The notes beneath the pieces are model-generated. The model was given only the letters and a program-made list of their open reading frames with translations, searched no databases and had not been told where the DNA came from. Shown piece by piece: positions 33,836-45,352 of a stretch of DNA of 64,000 bases (position 1 is its first letter; each line of letters begins with the position of its first letter). Source of the stretch: Thermoanaerobaculia bacterium (GTDB lineage Bacteria > Acidobacteriota > Thermoanaerobaculia > UBA5066); the NCBI GenBank assembly GCA_963719225.1, contig CAVRAY010000001.1, positions 1,056,001 to 1,120,000 of the forward strand, given 5' to 3'. The translations under genes and the position numbers were made by a program.

Positions 33836-34729
33836 TCAGCGCTCCGCGGCGGCGCGGGCCCCGCGCACCATGTCGAGGAACGCGTGTGCGGAGTTGCCGA
33901 AGTTTCCGGCGGCGCGGTAAACGAGGCGGAGGTCCCGCGGGCGGCGCAGCTCGGGAAGCGTCGAGGCGGCGAGCCGGCCGGCCTCGATCTCGGAGAGAGC
34001 GGTGCGCCGGGGAAGCAGGGCAACGCCCATGCCGCGCTCCACGGCACGCTTGACGCCGTCGAGGCTCGGGAGCGAGACCTTGATGTTCAGCGGCACGCCG
34101 CGCTCGGCGTACTTGCGAAGCACGCGCTCGCGGGCGGGCGACGGGTCGCTGTGGGCGATGACCGTCGCCCGGCCGAACTCCTCGAGGGTCACGCGGGCCT
34201 GCTTCGCGAAGGGATGCTTCGGGTGCGAGAGGACGACGAGCTCGTCGGACGCGAGGACGACCGTCCTCAGGCCTTTCTCCGAGGGGACGAAGGTCACGAC
34301 GCCGAAGTCGAGCGCGGCCCCGAGCACTTCGACGCCGAGCAGGCGCGAAGGCGACCGCCGCACGTCGAACTCGACCCCGGGGTGCGCGTCACGAAAACGC
34401 GCGATGAGCGGGATGAGGACCTCGACGCCCGACTCGTTCGCGCCGATCACGACGCGGCCGCGCTTCATGTCCTTCAGGTCCCTCACGGCCCGCTCGGCTT
34501 CTTCGGCCACGTTCAGGACGCGCTCGGCGTAGTCCTTCAGTGTGCGTCCCGCCTCCGTGAGACGGGCCTCGCGCGTCGTGCGGTCGAAAAGTGCTTCGCC
34601 GAGAACGACTTCGAGGCGGTGCACGGCCTGGCTCACGGCGGACTGCGTGCGGAAGAGCCGGACGGCGGCGCGCGAGAAGCTGCGCTCCTCGGAAACCGTC
34701 AGAAAGACCCGCAGGGAGAAGATATCCAT
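33836..34729 (-). CDS. LysR family transcriptional regulator
   Basis: SFSRAAVRLFRTQSAVSQAVHRLE...LFDR...LTEAG. Confidence 0.94.
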   Translation of the reverse strand: MDIFSLRVFLTVSEERSFSRAAVRLFRTQSAVSQAVHRLEVVLGEALFDRTTREARLTEAGRTLKDYAERVLNVAEEAERAVRDLKDMKRGRVVIGANESGVEVLIPLIARFRDAHPGVEFDVRRSPSRLLGVEVLGAALDFGVVTFVPSEKGLRTVVLASDELVVLSHPKHPFAKQARVTLEEFGRATVIAHSDPSPARERVLRKYAERGVPLNIKVSLPSLDGVKRAVERGMGVALLPRRTALSEIEAGRLAASTLPELRRPRDLRLVYRAAGNFGNSAHAFLDMVRGARAAAER

Positions 34730-34792
34730 TAGCAGATCTAATATTAGCAGCAGAAAAATTAGTTTGACTGAAATCTTCTTTCAAGGTGCAAT
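34728..34792 (+). promoter_or_regulatory. LysR box and ilv promoter
   Basis: ATTAG-N5-CTAAT (T-N11-A) at 34728-34742; TTGACT-N17-TGCAAT at 34764-34792. Confidence 0.6.
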
Positions 34793-34798
34793 GCGCCC

Positions 34799-34873
34799 GT
34801 GAACAGCCGCGTCCTCGGTCTCCTCCGCATTAACGTCCTCGTCCTTACGGCGAGCGGGGTGCAGGCCGGCTAA
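34799..34873 (+). CDS. ilv operon leader peptide (24 aa)
   Basis: GTG-initiated MNSRVLGLLRINVLVLTASGVQAG, rich in Val/Leu/Ile, directly before attenuator hairpin. Confidence 0.75.
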   Translation: MNSRVLGLLRINVLVLTASGVQAG

Positions 34874-34894
34874 GCGAGAAAACATCGAACAGCC

Positions 34895-34929
34895 GCCCCG
34901 CACCCCGAAAGGGGGCGGGGCTTTTTTTT
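34895..34929 (+). terminator. Attenuator terminator of ilv-leu operon
   Basis: GCCCCGCACCCC-GAAA-GGGGGCGGGGC-T8; alternative pairing with CGGGGTGC in the leader. Confidence 0.85.
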
Positions 34930-34958
34930 GACTCGACGGGAAGGAGATCGAAAAAGCC

Positions 34959-36671
34959 ATGAGGAGCGACGCGATGAAGAAAGGGCCGGCGCGGGCGCCC
35001 GCGCGCGCGATGCTGCGCGCCACGGGTCTCACGCCCGAGGAGATCGCCCGCCCGCTCGTGGCCGTCGTTCACTCGTGGACGGACCTCGGCCCCTGCAACG
35101 CGTCCCTCCGCGCCCTCGCCGAGGAGGTCAAGGCCGGCGTCCGCGAGGCCGGCGGCACGCCCTTCGAGTTCGGGACGATCGCGATCTCGGACGGCATCAC
35201 GATGGGGACCGACGGCATGCGGGCATCCCTCGTCTCGCGCGAGATCATCGCCGACTCCATCGAGCTCGCCGTCATGGGTCACGCTCTGGACGCCGTCGTC
35301 GTCCTTTCGGGCTGCGACAAGACGATCCCCGGCTCCGCCATGGCGCTCGCGCGCCTCGACCTTCCTTCCGTCGCGCTCTACGGCGGGTCGATCGAGCCGG
35401 GACGCGTGAACGGAAAGGACGTCACGATCCAGGACGTCTTCGAGGCCGTGGGCGCGCACTCGGCGGGAAAGCTCTCCGACGCGGGGCTGTGCGACGTCGA
35501 GGCGGGGGCCTGCCCGGGTGCGGGCGCGTGCGGCGGCCAGTTCACCGCGAACACGATGGCGACGGCTCTCACCTTTCTCGGGATCTCGCCGATGGGCGCG
35601 AACGACGTCCCCGCGACGGATCCCGCAAAGGCCGAAGTCGCGCGCGCCGCGGGCCGGCTGGTCATGCAGCGCCTCGCGGACGGCCTCACGCCTTCGAAGA
35701 TCCTCACGCGCGCGGCCTTCGAGAACGCGATCACGTCCGTCGCCGCCACGGGCGGGTCGACGAACGCGGTCCTGCATCTCCTCGCGATCGCCCGCGAGGC
35801 CGGCGTGCCGCTCGTCCTCGACGATTTCGACGCGATCGCGTCCCGGACGCCTATCTTCGTCGACCTGAAGCCGGGCGGGCGTTTCACGGCGCCCGACCTC
35901 TCGCGCGCGGGCGGCTCGCGCCTGATCGCGAAGCGGCTTTCGGACGCGGGGCTGCTGAAGAGCGCGATGACGGTCACGGGCCGGTCCATCCAGGAAGAGG
36001 CCGCAGAGGCACGGGAGACTCCGGGGCAGGAGGTCGTGCGCGACCTCGCCCGGCCGCTCAAGAAGACGGGCGGGCTCGCGATCTTGCGCGGTTCGCTCGC
36101 GCCCGAAGGCTGCGTCGTGAAGCTCGCGGGGCACGAGCGCCTGAAGCACACCGGAGAGGCGCGCGTTTTCGACGGTGAGCTCGCCGCGTTCGCGGCGGTC
36201 GACCGACGGCAGATCCACGCGGGCGACGTCGTCGTGATCCGCTACGAAGGTCCGAAAGGAGCACCAGGCATGCCGGAAATGCTCGCCGTCACGGCGGCAC
36301 TCGTGGGACAGGGCCTCGGCGAGACGGTCGCCCTCGTCACGGACGGCCGCTTCTCCGGCGCGACGCACGGGCTCATGGTCGGACACGTCTCCCCGGAGGC
36401 GGCGGCCGGAGGCCCGATCGGGCTCCTCAAGGACGGAGACCGGGTGACGCTCGACGTCACGGCCCGCCGTCTGGACTTCGAGGTCGGCGACGAAGAGATG
36501 GCCGCACGCCGGCGCGCGTACCGCGCTCCCGCGCCGCGCGCGACGACGGGTGTCCTTGCGAAGTACGCGCGCCTCGTTTCCTCGGCTTCCGAGGGAGCGG
36601 TGACGAGCCCGGTTGCGCCCTCTCCCCGCCCCATCGCAACGGCGCGCGAGCAAGCGGAGGTGACCGCGTGA
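34959..36671 (+). CDS. ilvD: Dihydroxy-acid dehydratase
   Basis: [36 protein letters not shown]. Confidence 0.95.
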   Translation: MRSDAMKKGPARAPARAMLRATGLTPEEIARPLVAVVHSWTDLGPCNASLRALAEEVKAGVREAGGTPFEFGTIAISDGITMGTDGMRASLVSREIIADSIELAVMGHALDAVVVLSGCDKTIPGSAMALARLDLPSVALYGGSIEPGRVNGKDVTIQDVFEAVGAHSAGKLSDAGLCDVEAGACPGAGACGGQFTANTMATALTFLGISPMGANDVPATDPAKAEVARAAGRLVMQRLADGLTPSKILTRAAFENAITSVAATGGSTNAVLHLLAIAREAGVPLVLDDFDAIASRTPIFVDLKPGGRFTAPDLSRAGGSRLIAKRLSDAGLLKSAMTVTGRSIQEEAAEARETPGQEVVRDLARPLKKTGGLAILRGSLAPEGCVVKLAGHERLKHTGEARVFDGELAAFAAVDRRQIHAGDVVVIRYEGPKGAPGMPEMLAVTAALVGQGLGETVALVTDGRFSGATHGLMVGHVSPEAAAGGPIGLLKDGDRVTLDVTARRLDFEVGDEEMAARRRAYRAPAPRATTGVLAKYARLVSSASEGAVTSPVAPSPRPIATAREQAEVTA

Positions 36672-38416
36672 GCGCCCAGTTCCAGCCGACGGCCCAGTTC
36701 CAGCCCCGCGAGAAGACGCGCGTGCGCGCCGCGAACGCGATGGCCGCCGAGCTCGTCGCGCAGGGCGTGACGCACATCTTCGGCCATCCCGGAGGCGCCT
36801 CGCTCCCGCTGTACGACGCGCTCCTCTCGGCGCCCATCTCGCACCTCCTCATGCGCCACGAGCAGTGCGCGGCGCATGCCGCCCAGGGCTACGCGCGGGC
36901 GACGGGCCGGCCCGGCGTGTGCCTCGCGACGTCCGGGCCGGGCGCCACGAACCTCATCACGGGCCTCGCCGACGCGATGCTCGACTCCACGCCGGTCGTC
37001 GCGCTCACGGCCCAGGTCGCGACGCCGCTCCTCGGCCGCGACGGCTTCCAGGAGGCCGACATCCTCGGAATGACGGCGCCCGTCACGAAGCACAACTGGC
37101 TCGTCCTCGAGCCGCAGGACCTTCCCGGAACCGTGCGCGAGGCCTTCCGTCTCGCCGCCTCCGGGCGGCCGGGTCCCGTCCTCGTGGACGTGCCGCGCGA
37201 CGTGCTGCAGGCCGAGATCGAGTGGGAGGCCGGCATCCCGACCGCGTCGATTCCGCCGCGGCGCGCGGATCCCGTGGGCCTCCGGCGCGCGGCGTTCGCG
37301 ATCTCGAACGCCAAGCGCCCGATCCTCTACGTGGGGGGCGGCGTCATCTCGTCCGGAGCGTCCGCCGAGGTGCGGCGCCTCGCGAAGAAGACGCGCATCC
37401 CCGTCACGACGACGCTCATGGGAAAGGGCGCGTACCCCGAGACGGATCCTCTGTCCGTCGGCATGCTCGGCATGCACGGCACGGCCTACGCGAACTGGGC
37501 GATGAACGGCAGCGACCTCATCATCGCCGTGGGCGCGCGCTTCGACGACCGCATCACGGGCAAGCTCGCCACCTTCGCGCCGTACGCGAAGGTCGTCCAC
37601 ATCGACATCGACGAGGTCGAGATCGGCAAGAACCGCAAGGCCGATTACCCCCTCCACGGCGACGCCCGCGCGGTCCTGCAGCAGCTCCTGCCGCTCGTGG
37701 GCGCCCCCGACACGGCCGCCTGGTGGAAGGAGATCGAGGCCTGGAAGTCGAAGGCGCCCCTGAGATACCGGCAGGACGGCGACGCCATCCTGCCGCAGTT
37801 CGCGATCGAGCGGCTCTGGAAGCTCACGCGCGACCGGCGCCCGATCCTCACGACCGACGTCGGCCAGCACCAGATGTGGGCCGCGCAGTTCTGGAAGTGC
37901 GACGAGCCCGGCGTGTTCATCACGTCCGGCGGCCTCGGCACGATGGGCTTCGGCCTGCCCGCCGCGCTCGGCGCGCAGTGCGGGCGGCCGGACCGGCTCG
38001 TCATCAATCTCAACGGCGACGGCAGCTTCCAGCAGACGATGCAGACGCTCGCCACGGCCGTGGAAGCCCACCTGCCGCTGAAGGTCGTCGTCATCGACAA
38101 CCAGGGCCTCGGCATGGTTCGGCAGTGGCAGGACCTGTTCTACGACCGGCGGTTCTTCTCGGTGGCGCTGAAGAACCCGGACTTCGCGAAGCTCGCGGAC
38201 GCTTTCGGCGCCGTGGGCTTCACCGCGCGGCGGCCGGACGAGCTCGACGCCGTGTACGAGAAGGCGCTCGCCGTCACGGGCGGGCCCGCGCTCGTCCACG
38301 TCATCACCGACCCCGCCGAGAACTGCTTCCCCATGTGGCCCGCCGGCCAGTCCATCGACACGATGGTCGTCGAGGACCCGAAGTACGCGGCGAAAAGCGC
38401 GAAAAAGACGAGCTGA
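36668..38416 (+). CDS. ilvB: Acetolactate synthase large subunit
   Basis: [35 protein letters not shown]. Confidence 0.95.
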   Translation: MSAQFQPTAQFQPREKTRVRAANAMAAELVAQGVTHIFGHPGGASLPLYDALLSAPISHLLMRHEQCAAHAAQGYARATGRPGVCLATSGPGATNLITGLADAMLDSTPVVALTAQVATPLLGRDGFQEADILGMTAPVTKHNWLVLEPQDLPGTVREAFRLAASGRPGPVLVDVPRDVLQAEIEWEAGIPTASIPPRRADPVGLRRAAFAISNAKRPILYVGGGVISSGASAEVRRLAKKTRIPVTTTLMGKGAYPETDPLSVGMLGMHGTAYANWAMNGSDLIIAVGARFDDRITGKLATFAPYAKVVHIDIDEVEIGKNRKADYPLHGDARAVLQQLLPLVGAPDTAAWWKEIEAWKSKAPLRYRQDGDAILPQFAIERLWKLTRDRRPILTTDVGQHQMWAAQFWKCDEPGVFITSGGLGTMGFGLPAALGAQCGRPDRLVINLNGDGSFQQTMQTLATAVEAHLPLKVVVIDNQGLGMVRQWQDLFYDRRFFSVALKNPDFAKLADAFGAVGFTARRPDELDAVYEKALAVTGGPALVHVITDPAENCFPMWPAGQSIDTMVVEDPKYAAKSAKKTS

Positions 38417-38444
38417 GAAGAAAGAGCGACGAAGAGGAGACGCG

Positions 38445-38732
38445 ATGAGGCATCAATTCGAGATCACAGCGACGGACACTCCCGGTCTTCTCGCCAGGGT
38501 GGAGTCGATCTTCCGCCGGCAGCGCACCCCCATTCGCAGTTTTTTCTTCGAAAAGGGTGACGGGGCGTCGGCAGTCCTTGCGATCGAGGCCGACGCGGAG
38601 GCCGAGAAGGCCGACCTTCTAAGAAAGCAATTAATCCGCCTTCTCGACGTGACCGAAGTGCGGGAGGCCGCCGGGACGCGCGCCTTCGCTCCGCCCGAAT
38701 CCCAATTCACCTTCAAAGAAAAAACAGCCTGA
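38445..38732 (+). CDS. Acetolactate synthase small regulatory subunit (ACT domain)
   Basis: [13 protein letters not shown]...KQLIRLLDV; between ilvB and ilvC. Confidence 0.8.
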   Translation: MRHQFEITATDTPGLLARVESIFRRQRTPIRSFFFEKGDGASAVLAIEADAEAEKADLLRKQLIRLLDVTEVREAAGTRAFAPPESQFTFKEKTA

Positions 38733-38763
38733 CGAGAAGCGAGAAGAAGGCAGGAGTAGATCA

Positions 38764-39777
38764 ATGGCCACGATCTGGTACGACAAGGACGCCGACATCT
38801 CCCGCCTCAAGGGGCGGACGGTGGCGATCATCGGGTACGGCAGCCAGGGGCACGCGCATGCGCTGAACCTCAGGGACAGCGGCATCTCCGTGGTCGTCGG
38901 GCTGCACGCGACGTCGAAGTCCGCCGGGAAGGCGAAGGCGGACGGGTTGACCGTGCTGAGCGTGGACGAGGCCGCGAGGCGCGCGGACGTCATCATGATC
39001 CTGACGCCCGACACCGGCCAGAAGAACCTCTACGACTCGTCCATCATGCCGTACCTGAAGGCCGGCAAGACGCTCATGTTCGCGCACGGATTCAACATCC
39101 GGTTCGGGCAGATCGTGCCGCCCGCGGACGTGGACGTCTCGATGGTCGCCCCGAAAGCTCCGGGCCACCGCGTGCGCGAGCTCTTCCAGGAAGGCGAGGG
39201 CACGCCCGCGCTCCTCGCGGTCGAGCAGAACGCGAGCGGCCACGCCCGCGAGGACGCGCTCGCCTACGCGCGCGCCCTCGGCGCGACGCGCGCGGGAGTC
39301 CTGGAGACGACCTTCGCCGAGGAGACCGAGACGGACCTCTTCGGCGAGCAGGCGGTCCTGTGCGGCGGCACGTCCGCGCTCGTGAAGGCCGGTTTCCAGA
39401 CGCTCGTCGACGCGGGCTACCAGCCCGAGGTCGCGTACTTCGAGTGCCTGCACGAGCTGAAGCTCATCGTGGACCTCATGTACCGCGGCGGCCTCAACTA
39501 CATGCGCTATTCGATCAGCGACACGGCCGAGCACGGCGACTACACGGCCGGCCCGCGCATCGTCACCGAGGCGACGCGCGGCGAGATGAGGAAGATCCTC
39601 CAGGAGATCCAGGACGGCGTCTACGCCGAGAAGTGGATCGACGAGAACCGGAACGGGCGTCCCGAGTTCGAGGCGACTCGCGAAAAGGAGAAGAGCCAGC
39701 TCATCGAGAAGGTCGGCGTGGAGCTCCGCGCGAAGATGCCGTTCCTCAATCCCGTCGTCGTGGACAAGGTGGCCTGA
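38764..39777 (+). CDS. ilvC: Ketol-acid reductoisomerase
   Basis: [40 protein letters not shown]. Confidence 0.97.
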   Translation: MATIWYDKDADISRLKGRTVAIIGYGSQGHAHALNLRDSGISVVVGLHATSKSAGKAKADGLTVLSVDEAARRADVIMILTPDTGQKNLYDSSIMPYLKAGKTLMFAHGFNIRFGQIVPPADVDVSMVAPKAPGHRVRELFQEGEGTPALLAVEQNASGHAREDALAYARALGATRAGVLETTFAEETETDLFGEQAVLCGGTSALVKAGFQTLVDAGYQPEVAYFECLHELKLIVDLMYRGGLNYMRYSISDTAEHGDYTAGPRIVTEATRGEMRKILQEIQDGVYAEKWIDENRNGRPEFEATREKEKSQLIEKVGVELRAKMPFLNPVVVDKVA

Positions 39778-39778
39778 A

Positions 39779-41014
39779 ATGAGAATTACGATCTTCGACA
39801 CCACGCTCCGCGACGGCGAGCAGGCGCCGGGCTTCTCGATGCGCGAGGCCGAGAAGGTGCGCCTCGCCCGGAAGCTCGACGCCCTCGGCGTGGACGTCAT
39901 GGAGGCTGGCTTCCCGATCGCCTCCGAGGACGACTTCAACTCGGTCCGCGCCGTCGCGCGCGAGGTGCGGCGCCCGATCGTCGCGGCCCTCGCGCGCTCC
40001 GTGGACGCCGACATCGACCGCGCCGCGGCGGCGCTCGAAGGCGCCGCGCGCCCGCGCATCCACACGTTCATCGCGACGTCCGACCTCCACCTCGAGCACA
40101 AGCTCCGGATGTCGCGCGCCGAGTGCCTCGACGGCGCCGCGGCCGCGGTGCGCCGGGCGCGCCGTCTGGTGGACGACGTGGAGTTCTCGGCCGAGGACGC
40201 GACGCGCAGCGATCCCGACTTCCTCGCCGCGGTCGTCGACGCCGTCGTCGAGGCGGGTGCCACCACCGTGAACCTCCCCGACACGGTCGGCTATTCGACG
40301 CCGGACGAGATCACACGATTCTTCCGCGCCGTGCGCGCCCGCGTGAAGGGCGCGGATCGCGTCGTCTTCTCGGCGCACTGCCACAACGACCTCGGCCTCG
40401 CGGTGGCCAACTCGCTCGCGGCGCTCGAGGGCGGGGTCCGGCAGCTCGAGTGCACCGTGAACGGCATCGGGGAGCGCGCGGGGAACGCGTCCCTCGAGGA
40501 GATCGTCATGGCGCTCCGCGTGCGGCCCGACAAGCTGCCGTTCACGACCGGCATCGTGACGCCGGAGCTCTTCTCGTCGAGCCAGCTCCTCGCCGAGATC
40601 ACGGGCGAGAGCGTCCAGTCGAACAAGGCCATCGTGGGCCGGAACGCGTTCGCGCACGAGGCCGGCATCCACCAGGACGGCATTCTCAAGGACCGACGGA
40701 CGTACGAGATCATGCGTCCCGAGGACGTCGGAGTCCCGCAGACGACGCTCGTTCTGGGCAAGCACTCGGGGCGCCACGCGCTCAAGAACCGCTGCGCGGA
40801 CCTCAAGATCGAGCCCACGCGCCTCGAGCTGGACGAGCTCTACAAGCGGATGATCGCGCTCGCGGACCGGAAGAAGGTCGTCCGCGACAACGACCTCTTC
40901 GACCTTTGGAGCGCCATGAACCGCTTCCAACCGCGTGCGAAGGCGCCCGCCTTGCGCCTCATTCGCGAGGAGACCGCGCTCGCCGAGGAAGCGGGCTACG
41001 GGCACGGGGTCTGA
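39779..41014 (+). CDS. leuA: 2-isopropylmalate synthase, short form
   Basis: [38 protein letters not shown]. Confidence 0.92.
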   Translation: MRITIFDTTLRDGEQAPGFSMREAEKVRLARKLDALGVDVMEAGFPIASEDDFNSVRAVAREVRRPIVAALARSVDADIDRAAAALEGAARPRIHTFIATSDLHLEHKLRMSRAECLDGAAAAVRRARRLVDDVEFSAEDATRSDPDFLAAVVDAVVEAGATTVNLPDTVGYSTPDEITRFFRAVRARVKGADRVVFSAHCHNDLGLAVANSLAALEGGVRQLECTVNGIGERAGNASLEEIVMALRVRPDKLPFTTGIVTPELFSSSQLLAEITGESVQSNKAIVGRNAFAHEAGIHQDGILKDRRTYEIMRPEDVGVPQTTLVLGKHSGRHALKNRCADLKIEPTRLELDELYKRMIALADRKKVVRDNDLFDLWSAMNRFQPRAKAPALRLIREETALAEEAGYGHGV

Positions 41015-41015
41015 C

Positions 41016-42101
41016 GTGGGGCGACGCGCGCGCATCGCGGTCCTCCCCGGGGACGGCATCGGCCCCGAGGTGACGGCTGCGGCGTTGACGGTCCTCAAGG
41101 CCGTCGCCGCGCGTTTCTCTCACGACTTCGTCCTGTCGGAGTGGCCGATCGGCGCGATCGCGATGCGCACGATGGGCGTGCCGCTTCCCGAGGAGACGAT
41201 GGCGGCCTGCCGCGACGCGGACGCGGTGCTCATGGGCGCCGTCGGGGATCCCGCGTACGACCTGGCACCGCGTGACAAGCGCCCGGAGGCGGGCCTTCTC
41301 GAGATCCGCAAGGCCCTCGGCCTCTACGCGAACATCCGCCCGGCACGTATCTACAAGGGCCTCGAAGCCGCCGGTCCGCTCAGGCCGGAGATCGCCCGCG
41401 GCATGGATCTCGTCGTCGTGCGCGAGCTCACGGGCGGGCTGTATTTCGGGTCTCCGCGCTCGCTCGATCTCGCGGCGGGAACGGCCGTGAATACCCTCCC
41501 CTACACGCGGCCCGAGGTGGAGCGCATCGCCGAGGTGGCGTTCCGCCTCGCGAGGGACCGGCGGAAGAAAGTCACGTCCGTCGACAAGTCCAACGTCCTC
41601 GAGACTTCGCAGCTCTGGCGCGCGGTGACGACGGAAGTCGGCAATCGGCACCCGGACATCGTCCTCGAGCACCAGCTCGTCGACTCCTGCGCGATGAACC
41701 TCGTCCTCTACCCCTCGGCCTTCGACGTCGTCGTCACGGAGAACCTCTTCGGCGACATCCTGTCGGATGAGGTGGGCGCGCTCGTAGGCTCCCTCGGGCT
41801 CCTGCCCTCGGCGAGCCTCGGCGACGGGCCAGGTCTCTTCGAGCCGGTGCACGGCTCGGCGCCCGCGCTCGCGGGGCGCGACATCGCGAATCCGATCGGG
41901 GCGATCGCGACGGTCGCGATGCTCCTCGCGGACGGGCTCGGGCTCTTCGAGGAGGCCGCCGCGGTTCACGCGGCGATCGAAGGAGTTCTCGAAAAAGGCG
42001 CGCGCACGGCCGATCTCGCGCCGCGCGGCGCCCGTGCGCTCGGGACACGCGACATGGCGCGGGCGGTGGCCGAGGCTATCCCGGCCCGCGTGCCGGCCTG
42101 A
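41016..42101 (+). CDS. leuB: 3-isopropylmalate dehydrogenase
   Basis: GDGIGPEV, RELTGGLYFG, DKSNVL, NLFGDILSD, EPVHGSAP. Confidence 0.95.
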   Translation: MGRRARIAVLPGDGIGPEVTAAALTVLKAVAARFSHDFVLSEWPIGAIAMRTMGVPLPEETMAACRDADAVLMGAVGDPAYDLAPRDKRPEAGLLEIRKALGLYANIRPARIYKGLEAAGPLRPEIARGMDLVVVRELTGGLYFGSPRSLDLAAGTAVNTLPYTRPEVERIAEVAFRLARDRRKKVTSVDKSNVLETSQLWRAVTTEVGNRHPDIVLEHQLVDSCAMNLVLYPSAFDVVVTENLFGDILSDEVGALVGSLGLLPSASLGDGPGLFEPVHGSAPALAGRDIANPIGAIATVAMLLADGLGLFEEAAAVHAAIEGVLEKGARTADLAPRGARALGTRDMARAVAEAIPARVPA

Positions 42102-42113
42102 GCGGAGGAAATC

Positions 42114-43097
42114 ATGGGGATGGAATCGAAAACGATCTGGCTGAACGGGGAATTCGTCGACTTCGAAAAGGCGACGCTCCACTTCCTCACGCCGGGGCTG
42201 CATTACGGGATCGGAGTCTTCGAGGGGATCCGCTGCTACGAGACGTCCGGCGGGCCCGCGGTCTTCCGCTTGAAGGAGCACATCGCGCGCTTCTTCCATT
42301 CCGCCTTCTGTCTGGGCTTCCGCGAGCTTCCGTTCACCGAGGAGCAGATCGTCGAGGCCTGCGTCGAGCTCGTCGTGCGCAACGAGTTCGGCGACTGCTA
42401 CATCCGCCCGCTCCTCTATCTCGCGAGCGGCGGCTCCGGCGGCGGCTGGAACCTGAACCTCGACGGCGGCTCACCGGCCATCGGCATCGCCGCCTGGGAG
42501 TGGAAGAACTACCTCGGAGCCGAGGCCCTCGAGAAGGGCGTGCGCGCGAACGTCTCGTCCTTCACGCGCCACCACCCGAACGTCACGATGACGAAGGCGA
42601 AGATCAGCGGCAGCTACGCGAACAGCTTCCTCGCGAAGACCGAGTCGGTGCGGCTGGGCTTCGACGAGGCCATCATGCTCGACCCGCAGGGCTACGTGGC
42701 CGAGTGCACGGGCGAGAACCTCTTCCTCGTGAAGAACGGCACGATCGTCACCTCGCCGTCGGCGCCCATCCTCGAGGGCATCACGCGTGACGCGCTCGTC
42801 ACGCTCGCGGCCGACCTCGGCATCCCGGCCATCGAGCGGCCCGTCTCGCGCGACCAGCTCTACACCGCGGACGAGGTCTTCGTGTGCGGCACGGCGGCCG
42901 AGTGCATCGCTCTTCGCGAGATCGACTTCCGCAAGATCGGCCTCGGCACGGCGGGACCCGTCACGCGGAAGCTCCAGAAGGTCTTCCACGCCGCCGTGCG
43001 GGGCGAGCATCCGCGCTCGAACGAATGGTGCACCTGGGTCCGCGAGGAGGCGGCGCTGCCCGCCCCCGCGCGGTTCGTCCGCGGACGGCACCGCTGA
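42114..43097 (+). CDS. ilvE: Branched-chain amino acid aminotransferase
   Basis: LHYG..VFEGIR, YIRP, AKISG.Y, EC.GENLF, LEGITR, GTAAE. Confidence 0.95.
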   Translation: MGMESKTIWLNGEFVDFEKATLHFLTPGLHYGIGVFEGIRCYETSGGPAVFRLKEHIARFFHSAFCLGFRELPFTEEQIVEACVELVVRNEFGDCYIRPLLYLASGGSGGGWNLNLDGGSPAIGIAAWEWKNYLGAEALEKGVRANVSSFTRHHPNVTMTKAKISGSYANSFLAKTESVRLGFDEAIMLDPQGYVAECTGENLFLVKNGTIVTSPSAPILEGITRDALVTLAADLGIPAIERPVSRDQLYTADEVFVCGTAAECIALREIDFRKIGLGTAGPVTRKLQKVFHAAVRGEHPRSNEWCTWVREEAALPAPARFVRGRHR

Positions 43098-43129
43098 GCC
43101 GTTCGGCCGCGCCGGCGCGAGCGGCCGCC

Positions 43130-44647
43130 GTGAAGACGGGCGAGGAATATCTCGGGCGGATTCTCTCGGCGCGCGTCTACGACGTCGCGGTGGAAACGCC
43201 GCTCGAGGCCGCCCCTCTCCTGAGCAGGAGGACGGGCAACACGGTCCTGCTCAAGCGCGAGGACCTCCAGCCCGTCTTCTCCTTCAAGCTGCGCGGCGCC
43301 TACAACAGGATGTGCCGGCTGCCGCGCGCCGCGCTGAAGCGGGGCGTCATCGCGGCTTCGGCGGGCAACCACGCGCAGGGAGTGGCGCTCGCGGCGGAGA
43401 AGCTCGGCTGCTCGGCCACGATCGTCATGCCGGTCACGACGCCGCGCATCAAGGTGGACGCCGTGGCCGCGCGCGGCGCGGAGGTCGTCCTGACGGGCGA
43501 CTCGTACGACGAGGCGTACGCCGAGGCGCGGCGCCTCGCCCGAAAAGGGCGCAAGACGTTCGTCCACCCGTACGACGATCCCGACGTCATCGCCGGGCAG
43601 GGCACGGTCGGCATGGAGATCCTCAGGCAGCGGCCGGCCGGAATCGACGCCGTGTTCGTGGCCGTGGGCGGCGGCGGCCTGATCGCGGGCGTCGCGGCCT
43701 GGGTGAAGACGATCAGCCCGAAGACCCGCGTGATCGGCGTCGAGCCCGCGGACGCCGACGCCATGAGGCGTTCGCTGAAGGCGGGCCGGAGGGTCCGGCT
43801 GGAGAAGGTGGGTCTCTTCGCGGACGGGGTCGCCGTCCGGCAGGTCGGCCGCGAGACGTTCCGCCTCTGCCGCGATCTCGTGGACGAGATCGTCCTCGTG
43901 GACACGGACGCGATCTGCGCGGCCATCAAGGACGTCTTCGAGGACACGCGCTCCATCCTCGAGCCGGCCGGCGCGCTCTCCGTGGCGGGGCTGAAAGCCT
44001 GGACCGAGCGCCACCGGACGAAAGGCAAGACGCTCGTCGCGATCGCCTGCGGCGCGAACATGAACTTCGACCGCCTTCGCCACGTGGCCGAGCGGGCCGA
44101 GCTCGGCGAGCGCCGCGAAGCGATCCTCGCCGTGACGATCCCGGAGCGGCCCGGCAGCTTTCGCGAGTTCTGCGCCGTCGTGGGGCCGCGCAACATCACC
44201 GAGTTCAACTACCGCTATGCGGACCCGAAGCGCGCTCACGTCTTCGTGGGAGTCGAGGTCGAGAACCTGGGACAGACACGCTCGCTGCTCGCGGCGCTTC
44301 GGCGTCACCGCCTGCCGGCACGCGATCTCTCCGACAACGAGATGGCCAAGCTCCACGTCCGGCACCTCGTCGGAGGGCGCGCGCCGCTCGCGCACGACGA
44401 ACGGCTCTTCCGCTTCGAGTTCCCGGAGCGTCCCGGCGCCCTGCTCCGGTTCCTGAACAGCATGCGGGGCGGATGGAACATCAGCCTCTTCCACTACCGC
44501 AATCACGGGGCCGATTACGGCCGCGTGCTCGCGGGGATCCAGGTCCCCCGCAAGGACGACGCGAAGTTCCGGCGATTCCTGAAGGAGCTCGGCTACCGGC
44601 ACTGGGACGAAAGCGCCAATCCCGCGTACCGTCTCTTTCTGGCCTGA
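43130..44647 (+). CDS. ilvA: Threonine ammonia-lyase, biosynthetic
   Basis: KREDLQPVFSFKLRGAYN, SAGNHAQG, PERPG, ISLFHYRNHG. Confidence 0.96.
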   Translation: MKTGEEYLGRILSARVYDVAVETPLEAAPLLSRRTGNTVLLKREDLQPVFSFKLRGAYNRMCRLPRAALKRGVIAASAGNHAQGVALAAEKLGCSATIVMPVTTPRIKVDAVAARGAEVVLTGDSYDEAYAEARRLARKGRKTFVHPYDDPDVIAGQGTVGMEILRQRPAGIDAVFVAVGGGGLIAGVAAWVKTISPKTRVIGVEPADADAMRRSLKAGRRVRLEKVGLFADGVAVRQVGRETFRLCRDLVDEIVLVDTDAICAAIKDVFEDTRSILEPAGALSVAGLKAWTERHRTKGKTLVAIACGANMNFDRLRHVAERAELGERREAILAVTIPERPGSFREFCAVVGPRNITEFNYRYADPKRAHVFVGVEVENLGQTRSLLAALRRHRLPARDLSDNEMAKLHVRHLVGGRAPLAHDERLFRFEFPERPGALLRFLNSMRGGWNISLFHYRNHGADYGRVLAGIQVPRKDDAKFRRFLKELGYRHWDESANPAYRLFLA

Positions 44648-44668
44648 CGACGGCGTATTCTCGCCGCC

Positions 44669-44932
44669 ATGTGGTTGCTCGTCCTGGCCGGCGTCGTGGT
44701 CCTCGTGGTCTTCGCCGAGAGGTTTCGGCAGACGAAAAAGTACGGGCGCGCTTCGGGGAGGCCGAACCTCGCCGGCGTCGGGATGCTCGAGCTCCAGCGC
44801 CATCTGCAGCCGGATCGCCGGGTGGAGGTGATGGAGACGCAGCTCAAGAATCAGGACGCGGCCGACGCGGAGCAGGACCCGTCAGGCGCCGGCCGAGGCG
44901 GCAGGAAAGAACCTCCTCTTCGGCCTCAGTGA
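44669..44932 (+). CDS. Small hypothetical membrane protein
   Basis: N-terminal TM helix, 87 aa. Confidence 0.5.
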   Translation: MWLLVLAGVVVLVVFAERFRQTKKYGRASGRPNLAGVGMLELQRHLQPDRRVEVMETQLKNQDAADAEQDPSGAGRGGRKEPPLRPQ

Positions 44933-45345
44933 GCGTTCTTGATCTCGGCGAGGGTCGCGAGGGCGGAGACCTCGCGGATGTGCCGGACCTCGAGCCTCAG
45001 TCCCCGGCCCTCGGCATATCGCGACGCGGCTTCGATCGCGTTCAGAAGAGACGCCGGAAGCTTCCGGGCGTGCGCCGCGGCCACGGCCTTCTCGCCCAGG
45101 GCGAACGACACGAGGAAGTGCCCCTTCCGAGGAGTCATGTAGAGGATGACGCGACCCTTGCGCTTCAGTCGGAGGCCCCATCCGGTGACTCCGCTCGTGA
45201 AGCCCCAGACCGGCAGGATCTGGTCGACACGCGCGGCGACCAGCTCGATGAGGCGAGCCCAGGCATCGTGCGACTTGCCGAGGACGAACCGAAGGTCGTC
45301 GTCGGTGGGCTGATGGACCTTGTCGGAGAACGCGCTGAGTGCCAT
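44926..45345 (-). CDS. DUF3788-like protein
   Basis: GWGLRLKRKGRVILYMTP...YAEGRGLRLEV. Confidence 0.7.
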   Translation of the reverse strand: MALSAFSDKVHQPTDDDLRFVLGKSHDAWARLIELVAARVDQILPVWGFTSGVTGWGLRLKRKGRVILYMTPRKGHFLVSFALGEKAVAAAHARKLPASLLNAIEAASRYAEGRGLRLEVRHIREVSALATLAEIKNAH

Positions 45346-45352
45346 GGCGACC

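Noticed and set aside
36674-36706. 18-bp tandem duplication ([11 protein letters not shown]) at the ilvB N-terminus
   Set aside because: Real but probably neutral slippage in a non-conserved N-terminal tail
34845-44803. Long antisense and off-frame ORFs across the ilv-leu operon and elsewhere
   Set aside because: Typical high-GC shadow ORFs overlapping well-supported genes, with no recognisable motifs
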